DNA of 64,000 bases from Octopus sinensis (GCF_006345805.1 NC_042999.1:52018001-52082000), one strand, 5' to 3'. Positions 25,373-38,904 are shown, numbered from the stretch's first letter. Program-made: numbers and translations. Notes: generated from the sequence alone by a model not told the origin.

Positions 25373-26507
25373 GTATCATGTCTGTAGCGAATTAAATGCT
25401 CCAAATGTGATTGTCGATCAAGATTTTGATTTGTTACTAATAGTTTAGAAAATTATATTTGTTCAGTCATGTTGGTGACTTTTGCTTAAAAAGGAAGACA
25501 TTTTTCTAAAAACAAATTTAATCGACATTTTAAAAAATCAATACTTAATATTACATTACACGTTATATTGTTTTATTCCCTTGCGTATTTGTATTCAAAC
25601 CGTAATAGCTTAGTTCTTCCAAGAGAGGGGCCCATCGGGTGTTTTCGAACAAATAATAGTAGAAGATCATTAGATTAAAAACGTCCAATTTTGTTAATTA
25701 AGTAGTTATCCTGTGAATATCTAAAATCGATAAATATGACATTTTTAACCTTGTAGTTCTTTTTCGGTTTGTAACAAGACAAGGAAGCTGCAGAATATAA
25801 AATATGATGGGTTTTAAGGAATCAAATAAAGACTAAAGAGATTTTATGGCAGAATCTGAAGATATTACGCCAGAGTTCAAGTAAACCTGGAATAAAATTA
25901 GTTCTATGGCGACTGTACACTTAATTCCTCATTTCGTTCAAAACCATCAAACGGCTCACGCATTCTTTTAGCATTATTTACTCTGTGGAAGCCAGGTGTC
26001 CCAGCTAAATTCATCTTATGCTCACCTGGGAATGGACGCCATAAAGAATGACACGAGCGCTCTCTTTACACCTCTCATTAAACTATCGAAAACAAAACGA
26101 AAATGGCTTTTTAGATAATGGCTTAAAGCAACAACACTCTTGACTATTTCTCACGTGCTAGAAGATATGAAGTGTTAGCGGCGAAGAAGAATTCACTTTG
26201 ACGACGGCTGAATATCAATGGCAGACTAACAACAGCAGCATTGTTGACACAATGGACTGTACTGTGGAAATATAAATATCATGTATACACTATAAATGTG
26301 TACAAAGAAGGGGGGGGGGTAACTGATTCCAGGGTTAGATAGATGCAGCCTTCCCCTCTCTCTCTCTCACTAAAGTCACCTCTTCTTGTCTCCTCTCAGT
26401 GAAAGGTATGAGCTGAAGAAGGCGTCTACTTACAGCCACATGCAGCGACTGCATTGTCTATGAGAAAGAAAATGCTTATGCTGCACCTTCAGGCGCGATT
26501 GCGAATA

Positions 26508-26799
26508 TCATACATACATACATACATACATACATACAAGCAAATACATATGTTTATACATACATGCATACATACATAAATACATACATACATGCATACA
26601 TAAATACATTTATACATGCATACATAAATTTATACATATATAAATATATACATACATACATACACACATTTATACATACATACATAAAGACATTAATACA
26701 TACATGCATACATAAATTTATACATGCATACATACACACATTTATACATAATTATATATCTAATGTATATATTTATACATACATACATACATACATACA
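26508..26799. repeat. (TACA)n degenerate microsatellite
   Basis: Direct reading; explains the YIHT/CMYV ORFs. Confidence 0.95.
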
Positions 26800-27400
26800 A
26801 AGAAGCAAATTATTATACGTCTCACTATCAACAAGTGAAGAAGGAGATAGAAATTATGTCTGGAAACAGCAAAAAGGGGACACTTACTTGCAAACTGATC
26901 ACGCTGAAGCAGGGGCGAAAAGTTGTCAGTGAGAAACTTCAATATCAGGAGAAAATATCCGACAAAAAAACATTAAGCAAAAAAAAAAATAATGCAAACC
27001 AAGCAGCAGTATACAGAGGCATGAGAGGGGGTGGTGGAATCAGTGAACATCACGGAAGCTCCTCCACGAGGAGACATAGACTCCTTCTGGATTAAAATCT
27101 GGAGTGAAGAGAAGCAATTTGGCCAAGATGCTCTGTGGCTGGAGGACATTCGAAGAAGTTATGGTCCTTGCATTACATCCAAGACATATAGCATTGATGG
27201 TGATACCTTTGTAACTGTGATCCAGAAACTCCAGAATGGAGAAGCACCTGGAAGAAACTTGGATATTGGTACAAGAAGCTAACCTTCTACCGACCATATC
27301 CTATCAATCTGTACCAGCAAGCTTTAATTGGAAACAGTAGCATACCACACTGGTTAGCTCTGGCAGAGATAAATTTGATCTCCAAATGCCAAACCACCCT
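26800..27400 (+). mobile_element. R4/Dong-like non-LTR retrotransposon fragment (region N-terminal to RT core)
   Basis: PPRGDIDSFWIKIWSEEKQFGQDALWLEDI...VIQKLQNGEAPGRN resembles the FW..IW......A.W....K..NWKAPG.D block of R4-clade ORFs; stops and frameshifts present. Confidence 0.7.
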
Positions 27401-29586
27401 TCTAGCAGTTTGAAGGTTTTCTTCAGTTGATGTATGAGAGTTTTACATCGTGTTTATCTATTACTACTTGTAGTTGGGGTGTGAGAGTTTTCAAAGTATT
27501 TTGAAAAATAATTTAGCTATTGATTTGGAAGCTAATAATTTGAAGGGACGCTTAAAACAGATGATTTTCCTTTATTCTTACGTGTTTTATTTATTGTGGT
27601 TGCCAAAGTTTACTGAGATGATATCTCGAAGAAGCAAAAACCCTGTTGTAATGTAACCTTAACATAACTATCCTCTTGGAAGTGAATTATGTAAGATTTA
27701 AATCTAGACTAAAGCACCGGAAATGACGCTGGGCTCTCTGCTCGGTAAGAACTATGGGATACATACAACAGGTCAGACCTTGTCGTCGTCTAGTGCAAAA
27801 TGTTTAGGGAGAAAATGAAATCGAGGAAATACCAATGGAGTGCTATCTAAGAAGTGAATAAAGGAAACGAGGATTCCAAGAAAGAATGCTGGGAATTTGA
27901 ATAGGTTTGGGAGTATTTAGACTACATGAACATCAGTTAGACTGCTAAGTGTTATGTAATAGGAACTGAAAATACTTCTCTGACGATTGAAGTCATATAG
28001 AGAAAGATCAAACTAGGATTACAAGAATCACTATATCAAAACCAAATGGATTATAGTAATCCGTCTGAAAATTAAGCAAATACAACTACCGATACCGGTC
28101 TGTAGAATACACACATTGTAAAGTATATATTAGGAGCAACACTTATTTACTCTAAATTACCTCAGGTTTGGTATTATTTTCTTGTTCAATACCGTATATG
28201 TTATGAGAGAAATATGGACGACAGAACAGAATTAGAAAGTATAAACTCTTTAAATGTTGAACTAACTGCGTCACCGACAGAGTCTAGAAATGTCAGTCAG
28301 TTTTTAATAGTTTAGGCATCTTACTTAATTGTACTCAACAACATACATGAAGTTTTAAAGCAGAGCGTACATTATTGTAAATAACAGCTCTGTCATGCAG
28401 TATCGTCGCTACCAAATAAACCTCGTCCTCCCACTCTTTCTCACTCGCTAGACACATACACACACACAGATACACATAGAGATACACACAGAGACACACA
28501 CGGACACAGACGCACACAAACACACACACACACACATACAAACACGCGCGCGTGCGTACACGCTCACATAATTGTTGTGTAAACATTATAAACCATATCC
28601 AAGGAAATTACGATCTCAATTGATAACATAGCCTTAAACTTCAATACGTTATAACAATACATAAATTCACTACAAAGAAACTTAATTACACAAATAATAA
28701 TATTTATACTATTCAGACAAGTTTTTAAGCAAATTAAATTATAATTTATGCATATGAAAGTTATGTTATCTTGCTTATATAAGTCTATATATTATCCATA
28801 TTCACAGACCTAGACAAACGTGTATACACACGGATACACACATATACATACACATCTGTCTATTCGAGCAAATGTTAAATGGATGAATCTTACTGTAAAA
28901 TAACTTTTACGATGAAAGAAAACCAAACTATAGCCTCAGTTTTGAAGGATTGTACGAAAAATATGTGGATTTGATTTAATAATTCGTGTGTCAGTTGGTC
29001 AGCATTTCCCTATCAAACTGCTCATAGATTAATCAACTTAAGCAATCATTAGTAATTTGATGTCAAAAAAATACAAAAATAGCCGAATTATTGCTTCAGG
29101 TGTAAAGGGGAACAGCGTCGACAATAAATTGGATCAACGTTTCACTGTTACTTGATTGACTTACATAATTGCCAGAGCTGCCAACATGGAGAATACATGA
29201 CTTTCTGGCAACATATGGGTTGATTTAAAAATATTGATTCTATTAAAAATTTCCATTCAGCTCGAGTTAGAACGATAATAGGAAAATAAGCGAAATTTGA
29301 TCAAATTCTTTAATGTGATTGGTGCTAATTTTGCCTAATTTACTTTCGTCATTATTAGTTCAGCTACGTTCATACAGATTCTGTCAGGTGGTATGAACGT
29401 AGCTGAAAAAAATATTGAAGAAGTAATTCTCATTTCAACTAAAATAAAGTAAAATCACTGATTCTATTCTCCATCTTGCTGCATCGTCGCCATGGTTTCT
29501 GAAGGCAACGAACAGCATACACACATATACGCACACAGGCAGAAAATCACTGCCATACACAGGCATGTATGCACATGCATATACTC

Positions 29587-29658
29587 TCCTCGTTAGTATA
29601 GTGTAGAGTATCCCCGAGTGCAACGCGGCAGACCGGAATTCGATTCCACGACGGGGAG
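29587..29658 (+). pseudogene. tRNA-Asp-derived pseudogene with anticodon position reading GCA
   Basis: TCCTCGTTAGTATAGTG...TTCGATTCCACGACGGGGAG aligns ungapped with the canonical 72-nt metazoan tRNA-Asp(GTC), about 10 mismatches by eye; anticodon and T stems are broken; no T4 terminator. Confidence 0.85.
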
Positions 29659-29680
29659 GCGCGTTAATTGTCTATAGGCA

Positions 29681-30285
29681 GAGATGTGTTTGTGTGGTAG
29701 GAAGCTTACTTCCCAGCCGCATGATTTCGGGTTCAGTCCCAATGCATGGCATTCTGGGCAAGTGTCTTCTGCTATAGCCACGGGTTGACCAAATTCTTGT
29801 GAGTGGATTTGATAGACAAAGAAGCCCATCGCATACACACACATACACAATACACGCACACACACATAGATCGGTAGCCACTACACACATATTTTTTTCT
29901 CCTTGTTTCTCTCCTTGTTTTTTCTCTGTGTCCCTTTCTGTAGAAGAGCGTAGGCTCGAAACGTAAAAGACGTTTTCAGTTCCTGAGTGTTAAACTAATA
30001 CATCTGTTTGTTTTCTACAACACCTGTTTTCATCTATTGTTTTTTTTTTGTGAACTCTCCCTATATATATATATATATATGTATATCTGTGCCCGTATCT
30101 TTGTCTCTGTCGTCATATCACCGTTTGACAACCGGTGTTGGTGTGTTGACGATGCGAAAACCGATGCGAAAAGTGTTAAGCTTTACAAAAATAAGTCCTG
30201 GGGTCGATTTGTTCGACTAAAAACCTTTCAAATCGCGCTGCTTCAGCATGGCAGCAGTGGAATAACTCAAACAAGTAAAAGTATT
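29681..30285 (+). mobile_element. SINE family B interrupted by the 29890-30060 repeat
   Basis: 5' half at 29681-29830 and 3' half at 30085-30285 flank the insertion. Confidence 0.75.
29890..30060 (+). mobile_element. short PLE-type repeat with variant HHR (29934-29969)
   Basis: CTTT-CTGTAGA-A-GAGC-GTAG-GCTC-GAAA-CG-TA-AAAG; all stems intact, core A6 replaced by T. Confidence 0.6.
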
Positions 30286-30300
30286 AATAAAAATAAAAGA

Positions 30301-30380
<80 letters not shown>

Positions 30381-30550
30381 TGTGTATATTGTTAATGATT
30401 GTCTTTATCATCAGACCTAATAAAAACAATTTTACATTAATCTGATGTATTACTCAATACTTTAGTAGAGTACAAATTCATATACATATACATACATATA
30501 TATATACATATGTATATATGTATATATATATACATGTATATACATATATG

Positions 30551-30628
<78 letters not shown>

Positions 30629-32169
30629 CATATATACACACATATACATACATACGTGCATACATATACCTGCATAGAGTGTTTGAGGTGGCGTACTAAT
30701 ATTGGATATTGAGAACAAGGAGGCAGTCAGAATTTTGGATAATTCTTTGTTAGCGCTTTTGTTCGTTTATCGAGGATCGTCAAGACAAAATCAAAATGAT
30801 AAGAACAGAACGTTTCCTTGTTCATTTATATGAATCGGATGTTTTTTGCTTTGTTTAAAAGAGGAGAAAAATGTTATTGTTATTTTTTGGGATTTTTCAT
30901 CATATGCAATAGATTTAATAGCATAAATGTTTTGATGAAGAGGTGAAATAGTTTCTGACTGTGAAAATGTATCACGACTGAAATGTTTGTGTCTTACATA
31001 AGGTTGATGCAGGCTCGACATTATGTTTCTCGCATGTCAGGATCACCTAGAGACTGCAACATTATATCTATAGGTCTCTATGCTGTTACTTGGTCAGTTA
31101 ATGACAGCAGCACAATCCACCTGAAAGCAAAAGCTACTGTCTTAAGAAGGGAAACGTTGTATAATGTAGCTCACGGTTCACTGAATATACGAAGGGATAG
31201 AATAGTCACGGCTGAAATGACTTTAATGATAACTGGATCTAGGGTTAAACAACACCAGCAGCCTTGATGACGACAATAGTGAGAGTGCTAATATCTTTGA
31301 ATTATTGGTTAGAAATAAGGAATTTGTTTAATAATAAAGAGTGCAAGAGTGACATCTAGGGCGTATAAAAATATTTAGATTCGATATTTAATACTTAAAT
31401 AAGGAAGGCAACAAACTGAAATGTACTTAGTGCATACGACATGATCCAGGCCCCATCACAATAACGACGACAACCAGCAACAGCAACAATAACAGCACAT
31501 AAACCAAACATAAACGAAATTCCAGTGAGTTATTGTAATGGTAGAATATAAATCAATATCATTTCTTCCAAATCACGAGATACACAGAAGAGACAAACCA
31601 CCGATTCTGTCTCAAAATAATCTCCTCTTGGAGATGAGATGGCGATGACAGCAGTGAACTCCTGCTAAACACGCCTTACCCTAGAGAAATAACAAATTTT
31701 ATAACAGCAATATATTACAATTATTCTCGACAAGATTAGCAATTAAATAATAATGCTAATTAATTCCTCGCCAACACTGAGAGAAACTGTTCCAGTGGAT
31801 TTAACTTTTGCAGTTATTTTCACCTGTGGAGGAAATCTAAATGAAATCTTGAATTAGTGAAAATAAAACTGTCTTGGAAGATAATGTCAGACACGAATTC
31901 AAAGATGAATTATTCACCTGTTCCCCATTCTAACTTATTAAATATCCTCAGGTAAAGAGGAAGAAACAAGACATCATATGACTGATGGATTCCTGCTATT
32001 CGTATGACATCTGCGAGGAGAAAACATGACAATAATGAGTCTAGGACATTTAGCCCACACCACGACCACCACGACCACCACCACCACCATGGACAATAAG
32101 CCCACAAGGACAACAGATGATGATCTAAAACTTCTTAATATATTGGAGAGGGGTTAATTAACCAAGGGG

Positions 32170-32252
32170 GTAGGGTAATTGTCCTAGGGGTAGTTGTCGT
32201 CGAGGAAAATTGTCCAAAGGTGGACAATTGTCCGAGGGGTAATTGTCCTGAG
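32170..32252. repeat. short tandem motif (gg)taattgtcc x4
   Basis: gtaattgtcc / aaattgtcc / caattgtcc / gtaattgtcc repeated. Confidence 0.6.
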
Positions 32253-32384
32253 ACGTACAACAATATGGTAAACATTCAAGTTTATTTATATACACAAACA
32301 CACACACACACAAAAACATATGTACACATAAACCAAAGAATCAATCAGTCAGTCAATCGATCAATGAATAAATCAATGAATCAA

Positions 32385-32387
32385 TGA

Positions 32388-32473
<86 letters not shown>
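32385..32473. repeat. (TCTA)n microsatellite
   Basis: Direct reading. Confidence 0.95.
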
Positions 32474-32474
<1 letters not shown>

Positions 32475-32659
32475 CTTGTGGTATGACCTATGACCGACTG
32501 GTTAAAATCTTTGCTTCCCAAACACACACACACTCACGAACACACACATACACACATGTACACACACAAATACAAACACATACACGCACAAACGCACACA
32601 CAGAAGCGCGCGGGCACACACACATACATCATATCTATATTTCAAAACTAAGGATAAAA

Positions 32660-32800
32660 TGAAGGCTACACATGCTTCCCAGCGTGCAATACCTCGGACG
32701 TTGTAATTACCCAAATATGAATAATCCGCTAGCTACTCGTCACTCCAAAGACACCTTAATCAAATGAAGTTTGCAGTGTCGTTTACATTAAGCGATAAAC
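32660..32800 (+). mobile_element. second PLE ORF fragment, opposite orientation to 33290-34895
   Basis: tactcgtcactccaaagacaccttaatcaaatgaagtttgcagtgtcg is homologous to the reverse complement of ~33462-33555. Confidence 0.6.
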
Positions 32801-33016
32801 TACCAACTTACCTAGAGTTACTATGCTCCCATACTGACAAAAAATATTATCTCCCACCACCCTCTCCTTCTTCCCCCTTTCCTAATATATATACCACCCC
32901 TATATCTCCTTTTTCTTCGACTGTGTTTAAATGTATTTACAGGGTGTCATAATATATTTATTTCGTTTTTGGATTTGGTTTGCAAGATTCTTTATATGAG
33001 TTCGTGTGTTGAAGCA

Positions 33017-33256
33017 TATTCTATTGTGTCTGGGGAGAGTCATTTTCTTTTTGTGCCTTATTTAACACTCACCGGTAAAATTTCCACTTTTTTTCTTATC
33101 TTTATTGTCCTAAAATTTTCGTTGCGTATAAGACTATTAAAAAGGTTGCAATACACAACGAAAATTTTAGGACAATAAAAATAAGAAAAAAAAAGTGGAA
33201 ATTTTACCGGTGAGAGGCACAAAAAGAAAATGACTCTCCCCAGACACAATAGAATA
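33017..33256. repeat. ~110-bp-arm inverted repeat
   Basis: 33017-33129 versus 33151-33256, with one ~10-nt indel and a 21-nt loop. Confidence 0.9.
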
Positions 33257-33289
33257 ATATATTTACTTTTTTTTTATTTTATAGTAGAC

Positions 33290-34895
33290 CCAGTAAATGA
33301 GCCCAGCCTAAATTCTCAAAGGCCTTCCTAGTCAGCTTAAATAATACCAAACTTTTTCCCCTACTCCTCACCCTTTTACTTTATTCGTATTCTTATTGTT
33401 TTCTTTAACAAATTTGGACATTTTCACACTCCCATATATCATTTCTTAACATGGGATTCCTTGACGACAATGTAAACTTCATCTGATTAAGGTGTCTTTG
33501 GCCTGACGAGTAACTCGTTGATTACTTCGCGTTTGGATAATTACTACTTTCGAGGTACTGCTGTCAAGGAAACATTTATTACAGTTATTAAGAGAGACTC
33601 TGTTACCCTTAAGAATATAGTTGTTATGCGAGTATATAATCTGCAGGACGTTATTGGTGTTGGAGAAGCCAATCCTGATACAGTGGATGTTGAAAGCTGA
33701 GTGGTGCCTGGAATTTATGGGAAAGATAGCTCGACGAAATAGGTAGGGAAAGTTACTTTAACTTGTTTTCCGTGTGGAATAATCAACTAGATATTTTTAC
33801 TAGGGTTATACGATTTATGGAGCGATTTATTATTAAAAAAACCTAAGTTTTTTTTTTTAAATGGGAAAATGATGAGGAAGTATAGTTACTTCCCTTCGAC
33901 TGTTAGTTTTCAAAATTACGAAGGTGAGCTGGCAGAAACTGGGCGAAATGCTTAGCGGTATTTCGTCTGCAGCTACGTTCTGAGTTCAAATTCCGCCGAG
34001 GTCAACTTTGCATTTCATTCTTTCGGGGTCGATAAATTAAGTACAAGTTACGCACTGGGGTCGATGTAATCGACTTAATCCGTTTGTCTGTCCTTGTTTG
34101 TCCCCTCTGTGTTTAGCCCCTTGTGGGTAGTAAAGAAATATATTTTGATGAAATGGGATATTATTCGGATTATTGTCTACGGGAGGAACAAGGTGAACAT
34201 TTTTGTTGCCATTGTGTCTATTACTATTAATAATATTATTACTATTATTATTGTTATAATTACTGCTATTATTATCAATAGCGTAATTACTATCATCTAT
34301 ATGATTAGAAAAAGAGTTAGGGACAAGATGGTTATAATATTTAGTTTGTTCCTTATATCCTGCTTTATATAAGGTTGAATTATAGAAATCTGCGTTATTA
34401 CTGAAAACGGTTTCATTTGCGTGGTCCTAAGTGTTATGTATTTAACCAAATTTTTTGTGATATTGGTAGGGTGGTTACTAAAAATGCTGATGTATTTCAG
34501 GTTTGTTGAAAGATTATGTTAGGGGAAACACAAGGCTGTATTTAAGTTGAGAGTAAGATCAAGGAAGTTAACCTTAGTTCTACCATCATCGAAGGTAATA
34601 CTTAGGCCCATATTACTACAGAATTTGACAAGATTGCGTTTAACTTTTTGTAGTTTTTGATTAGAAATATTTTGGAGGTAAAGGAGGCAGTCATCTCGAT
34701 ATAAACCACCGAGTATATATGGAAATTGGTCATCCATTTTTGATAGAATATGAATACCGACCAAATTAGATATGTGAGCGCAGTTGCTACTACCCTAAGG
34801 GATATCAAAACAGTTGGGTCGATCTTTACCAAGTCAAAATTTGTTATAATGGATTTTCTAGCCGCTAGAACAACATAAATTTCATCATCCTGGGT
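33290..34895 (-). mobile_element. Penelope-like retroelement remnant (RT, linker, start of GIY-YIG region), interrupted by a SINE
   Basis: FDIP*GSSNCAHISNLVGIHIL...GGLYRDDCLL...KVNFLDLTLNL...SNHP...LYKAGY and, beyond the SINE, FNIHCIRIGFSNTNNVLQIIYSHNNYIL, matching PLE motifs (MGS...C.LVG.YIL, LYRDD, FLD.T, SNHP, IFN...K.SYSC..N...II..HN..IL). Confidence 0.85.
33921..34141 (+). mobile_element. SINE family A inserted in the PLE ORF
   Basis: Full family A copy ending gggtagtaaagaaata. Confidence 0.9.
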
Positions 34896-35208
34896 GAGCG
34901 CTTGTACCTCTCTTTCTCCTTTAACCGTCGTTCTTTCGTTCCCCCTTTCTTCTTTCATACCTTTTCTTCTTCCCTCGTCCTATGGCGTTGTTCTCTCAAC
35001 AACATTTTCAAATTACTAACGTTCCCTTCACAACTTCGCATTCCACTTATGTATATGCGTGTATATTTGTAGGTGTTCCTGTATGTATATACATGTATTT
35101 TACGTGTGTGTGCATATGTGCATGTGTATATGTGTGTGTGAATATGTGCATGTGTATATGTGTGTGTACATGTGTATGTGTACACGTATATACGTACACA
35201 CACAAACA

Positions 35209-35256
<48 letters not shown>

Positions 35257-35431
35257 AAGAATGGGGGTTTAGTTCGCAGGTGATCTACACGATTAGGTAC
35301 GCTAGGTAAGTGCTGTGACGGATTACTAGGGCTCCAAGGCTATAGCCGAGACGGTAGTTACTGAGCCATTGCAGATTTCAGATTTTCAGCGGATATGTAG
35401 GTACAAACACACACACACACACACATACACA

Positions 35432-35508
<77 letters not shown>

Positions 35509-35627
35509 TATGTATTGGAGTTTCTTACATCTGTTAAAATATCTAATTGATGAGGACTGTTGCTCATATCCTCCCTGACAAGATTGTTGCATTGTTCTAC
35601 ATTATTCCGCATGTCGAATATATTAAA

Positions 35628-35948
35628 AAAATAATAATAATGAAGTTATTGTCTACAGTGCTCAGGTGCACCACAACTTGTCAAAAGTGCGTATAAAGCG
35701 TATGCAGTAATGTACAAATGTCTGGGAAGTGAACAGTGGATGAGTCAGATACATGCTTGCGTGTGTATGGAGGGGATAAAATCAGGTGTAGTGTTGGCGA
35801 ATCTCAGGATGTATGGAAGTTTTGAAGGATGCAGTGCTCCGACAACTAACAACTGATGCCGGCAGCTTGTTCCATACTTCAGCAACTCTTAGCGTGAAAA
35901 AATGTTTCCGAAAGTCATGGGAGCTGTGCTGTTTTCGGACTTTGTAAG
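35628..35948 (-). mobile_element. CR1-like LINE 3' end
   Basis: YKVRKQHSSHDFRKHFFTLRVAEVWNKLPASVVSCRSTASFK (R..FF..RV...WN.LP..VV......FK motif), followed by a 3' UTR and (TTA)n tail. Confidence 0.85.
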
Positions 35949-36770
35949 TCGGAATGCATCCATCGAAACATATGTCGATGATATGAAGATATAAATGATT
36001 TAATAACATCTTGAGCATTTGTCTCCATTTTAAACTTTTACTACACACACACAGACACACAGACAAACACACACACACGCGCGCGCGCGCAAACACATTC
36101 TCATACACCCCCACACACACATGACATACTGTTCCGTGAAGTTAAGATCAACACAAAATATACTGCATCTGGTGAGAGTTAAATATTGTTTAATAAACAT
36201 AGTATATATTTTTAGAAGCTACAACTAGTTTCAAGTGATGGAAATGATTCAGTATTTTATAACAAACAGCATTTTATAACACGTCACGTGCAGTTTTCAG
36301 GACGATAGAATAAAAGAAAATACGTGAAAAGGCGAGACGGTAGATAGTAAAAGGTGGAAGTGTAAAACAATGGAAACCGAATGGAAAAATTAAAAGCAAA
36401 TGACTTGGTATTTTCCTGTTTGCGAATTGGAAATTACCACTATTGCCTGATTGATTTGGGCCCCTGTGTATTCAATCCCTTTACGGTCAAAGGGGATATA
36501 ACTCAAATACTACCTCCCTTTTTTCTTTTCTTTTCGTTTCCCAGTATTTTACCCTCCTACCTTTTACATCTACGTTCTTCTCGCCTTTTTTTAAAATACA
36601 TTTTCTGTTATTCTATCACCCTGTTTAACTTTTATATGCCATGTGGGCATATCCTGAAGATTGCATGAAGGCACCTGACGTGTTATAAGATGCTGTCTGG
36701 CCGTTTTCATCACATGAAAAGTACTAAACAATATACATATGCATACTTACATACATACAAACATGCATTC

Positions 36771-36853
<83 letters not shown>

Positions 36854-38239
36854 CTCGCGTAGGCGCATATGTATATATATATATATATATTTGCATATAC
36901 AGGGGTTGAAGTAAATAATGGTAGCACATTGTTAAATGGAAGTTTTATTATTCAATACGGAGTCGGTCCACTTTTAGCACCAATCATAACTTCGTCCAAT
37001 AATTCTCGTGCTAGCTCTTTAAACAAATATATATATATTCACCTCTCATTGCTCTTGACTATATAGTTTTACATATAAACATATGTGCTTATTACTTCTG
37101 TTGATAATATATAATACTTTTCACACTAGACATCGCACACAATGTCACAATGTTTATTGGAATCTATGAAGTTCAGTTCCATTCTTCGCTCAGTATTTTT
37201 TTTTAATATATTTCCCTCTGTTGAATTTTTAGTGGTTTTGCATGCATTTTAACGTTTCGTTCAAGCGCAACAATACTCCAAACAGACTACTACACTGTAT
37301 GCAACAAATCAAATTATTATTGAATATTGAAGCACATGTCATCTTCATGTTCATTGAACTTTTGATCTACTCACAAGAATATTGGATTATTCTAGTTTCT
37401 GCAGCTTACTAAACAATCGGAGCGCAAATTAACAAAGTGCTATCTTCAAGAATTCTGAAGCGTTTCCAAAAGTAATCTTAACCAGTTTTCTATAAAAATA
37501 CACATAGCGATAATTAATGAACATTCCGCTGCTTTTTCTTGCTACCGCCAATCTTCTACGTAGTGAATTGGTATAATGTCAACACTTACATTGTGGGAGT
37601 ATTACTGACTTGATCATATTGTAAATAAAACATTATTCAATATTCAAAAGTAGTCTCACCAATTATATATGTATATGTGTGTACACGCGCGCACACACAA
37701 ACACAAACACATTTTCGCCCCCCTTTGTTTATTTAATATCGTATTTCTTCTTTTTTTCTCTCTTTTCCTGCCTTTTGTCCGCCTCCCCCATCTTCTCTTT
37801 CTCAATATCTCTAACATGATTTTCTTCTTATCTCTACGCCTTCTTATAATCGCTGCTTTACTTCAGCATTCCCCCTTCCTCTATCTGTTATCGATGTGCT
37901 GCCTTCTTATACACAGTATGTACGACTGATAGGTTTTCGTTTGCATATCTTCCTTCCGGTGATGTGAAGTTTCTAGCTTCATTTGATTTACTTATACCAC
38001 TCGTGTTACTATCAATGTTTGCATTATAACTATGCGCTGTATTGCTATGTACACCTGTGTGCATAATACACAGCACTGCATCGACCAGTCACTGAACTTT
38101 TGAAACAGCTGTGAAGATTACTTTTACTCACGGGTCATCGTTTTTCTTGATAATTATATCTATATGTATGTAACATCTTTATAAATGATACTTTGCTATA
38201 TATAATTGTTTGTTCATCTTCTGCCAGCTTATTGTATAA

Positions 38240-38277
<38 letters not shown>

Positions 38278-38560
38278 GTATGTATGTGTTTCTAGTGAGA
38301 GGGTATAACTATTGCATGGCGAGCAAAGTACTTAAATCTGTGGCTGCGACGTGAGTATCCAACAAGGTATGATAATGTATCTCTGATTCGTAATTACTTT
38401 CGGTAATAAGTTTTAGAGTCTAAAACAATCTAAAATTTAGATACAAAAGATGCAAATGAAAAAACATATGAAAAATAAATCAATGCTTATTCAATTTACC
38501 TTAGATCTTTAAATTGGACATTACTTTTGCACCAACCTGATATATATATATATATATATA

Positions 38561-38901
38561 TGTGAAGGCACATGGCTCAGTGGTTAGAGCGTCGAGCTTA
38601 CGATCGTGAAGTTGTGAGCTCGAATCCCGGACCGGGCTGCGTGTTGTGTTCTTGAGCAAGGCACTTTATTTCACGTTGCTCCAGTTCACTCAGCTGTAGA
38701 AATGAGTTGCGACGTCACAGGTGCCAAGCTGTATCGGCCTTTGCCTTTCCCTTGGACAACACTGGTGGCGTGGAGAGGGGAGGCTGGTATGCATGGGCGA
38801 CTGCTGGTCTTCCATAAACAACCTTGCCCGGACTTGTGTCTAGGAGGGTAACTTTCTAGGTGCAATCCCATGGTCATTCATGACCGAAGGGGGTCTTTAC
38901 C

Positions 38902-38904
<3 letters not shown>
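38561..38904 (+). mobile_element. tRNA-derived SINE family D
   Basis: A-box TGGCTCAGTGG and B-box-like GCTCGAATCCC; 3' part also present at ~15690-15765. Confidence 0.85.

Noticed and set aside
27980-28012. CTGACGA...GAAAGATC
   Set aside because: No stem II pairing and no UH cleavage site.
33504-33530. CTGACGA-GTAA...TTAC
   Set aside because: Not followed by GAAA; lies in the antisense of the PLE ORF.
35546-35622. TTGATGAGGAC...GTCGAAT possible hammerhead relic
   Set aside because: Both core halves are mutated and stems I and III are absent.
36950-38076. Protein-like minus-strand frames (ELARELLDEVMIGAKSGPTPY* and ORF 37888-38076)
   Set aside because: Weak or ambiguous splice context and no family match.
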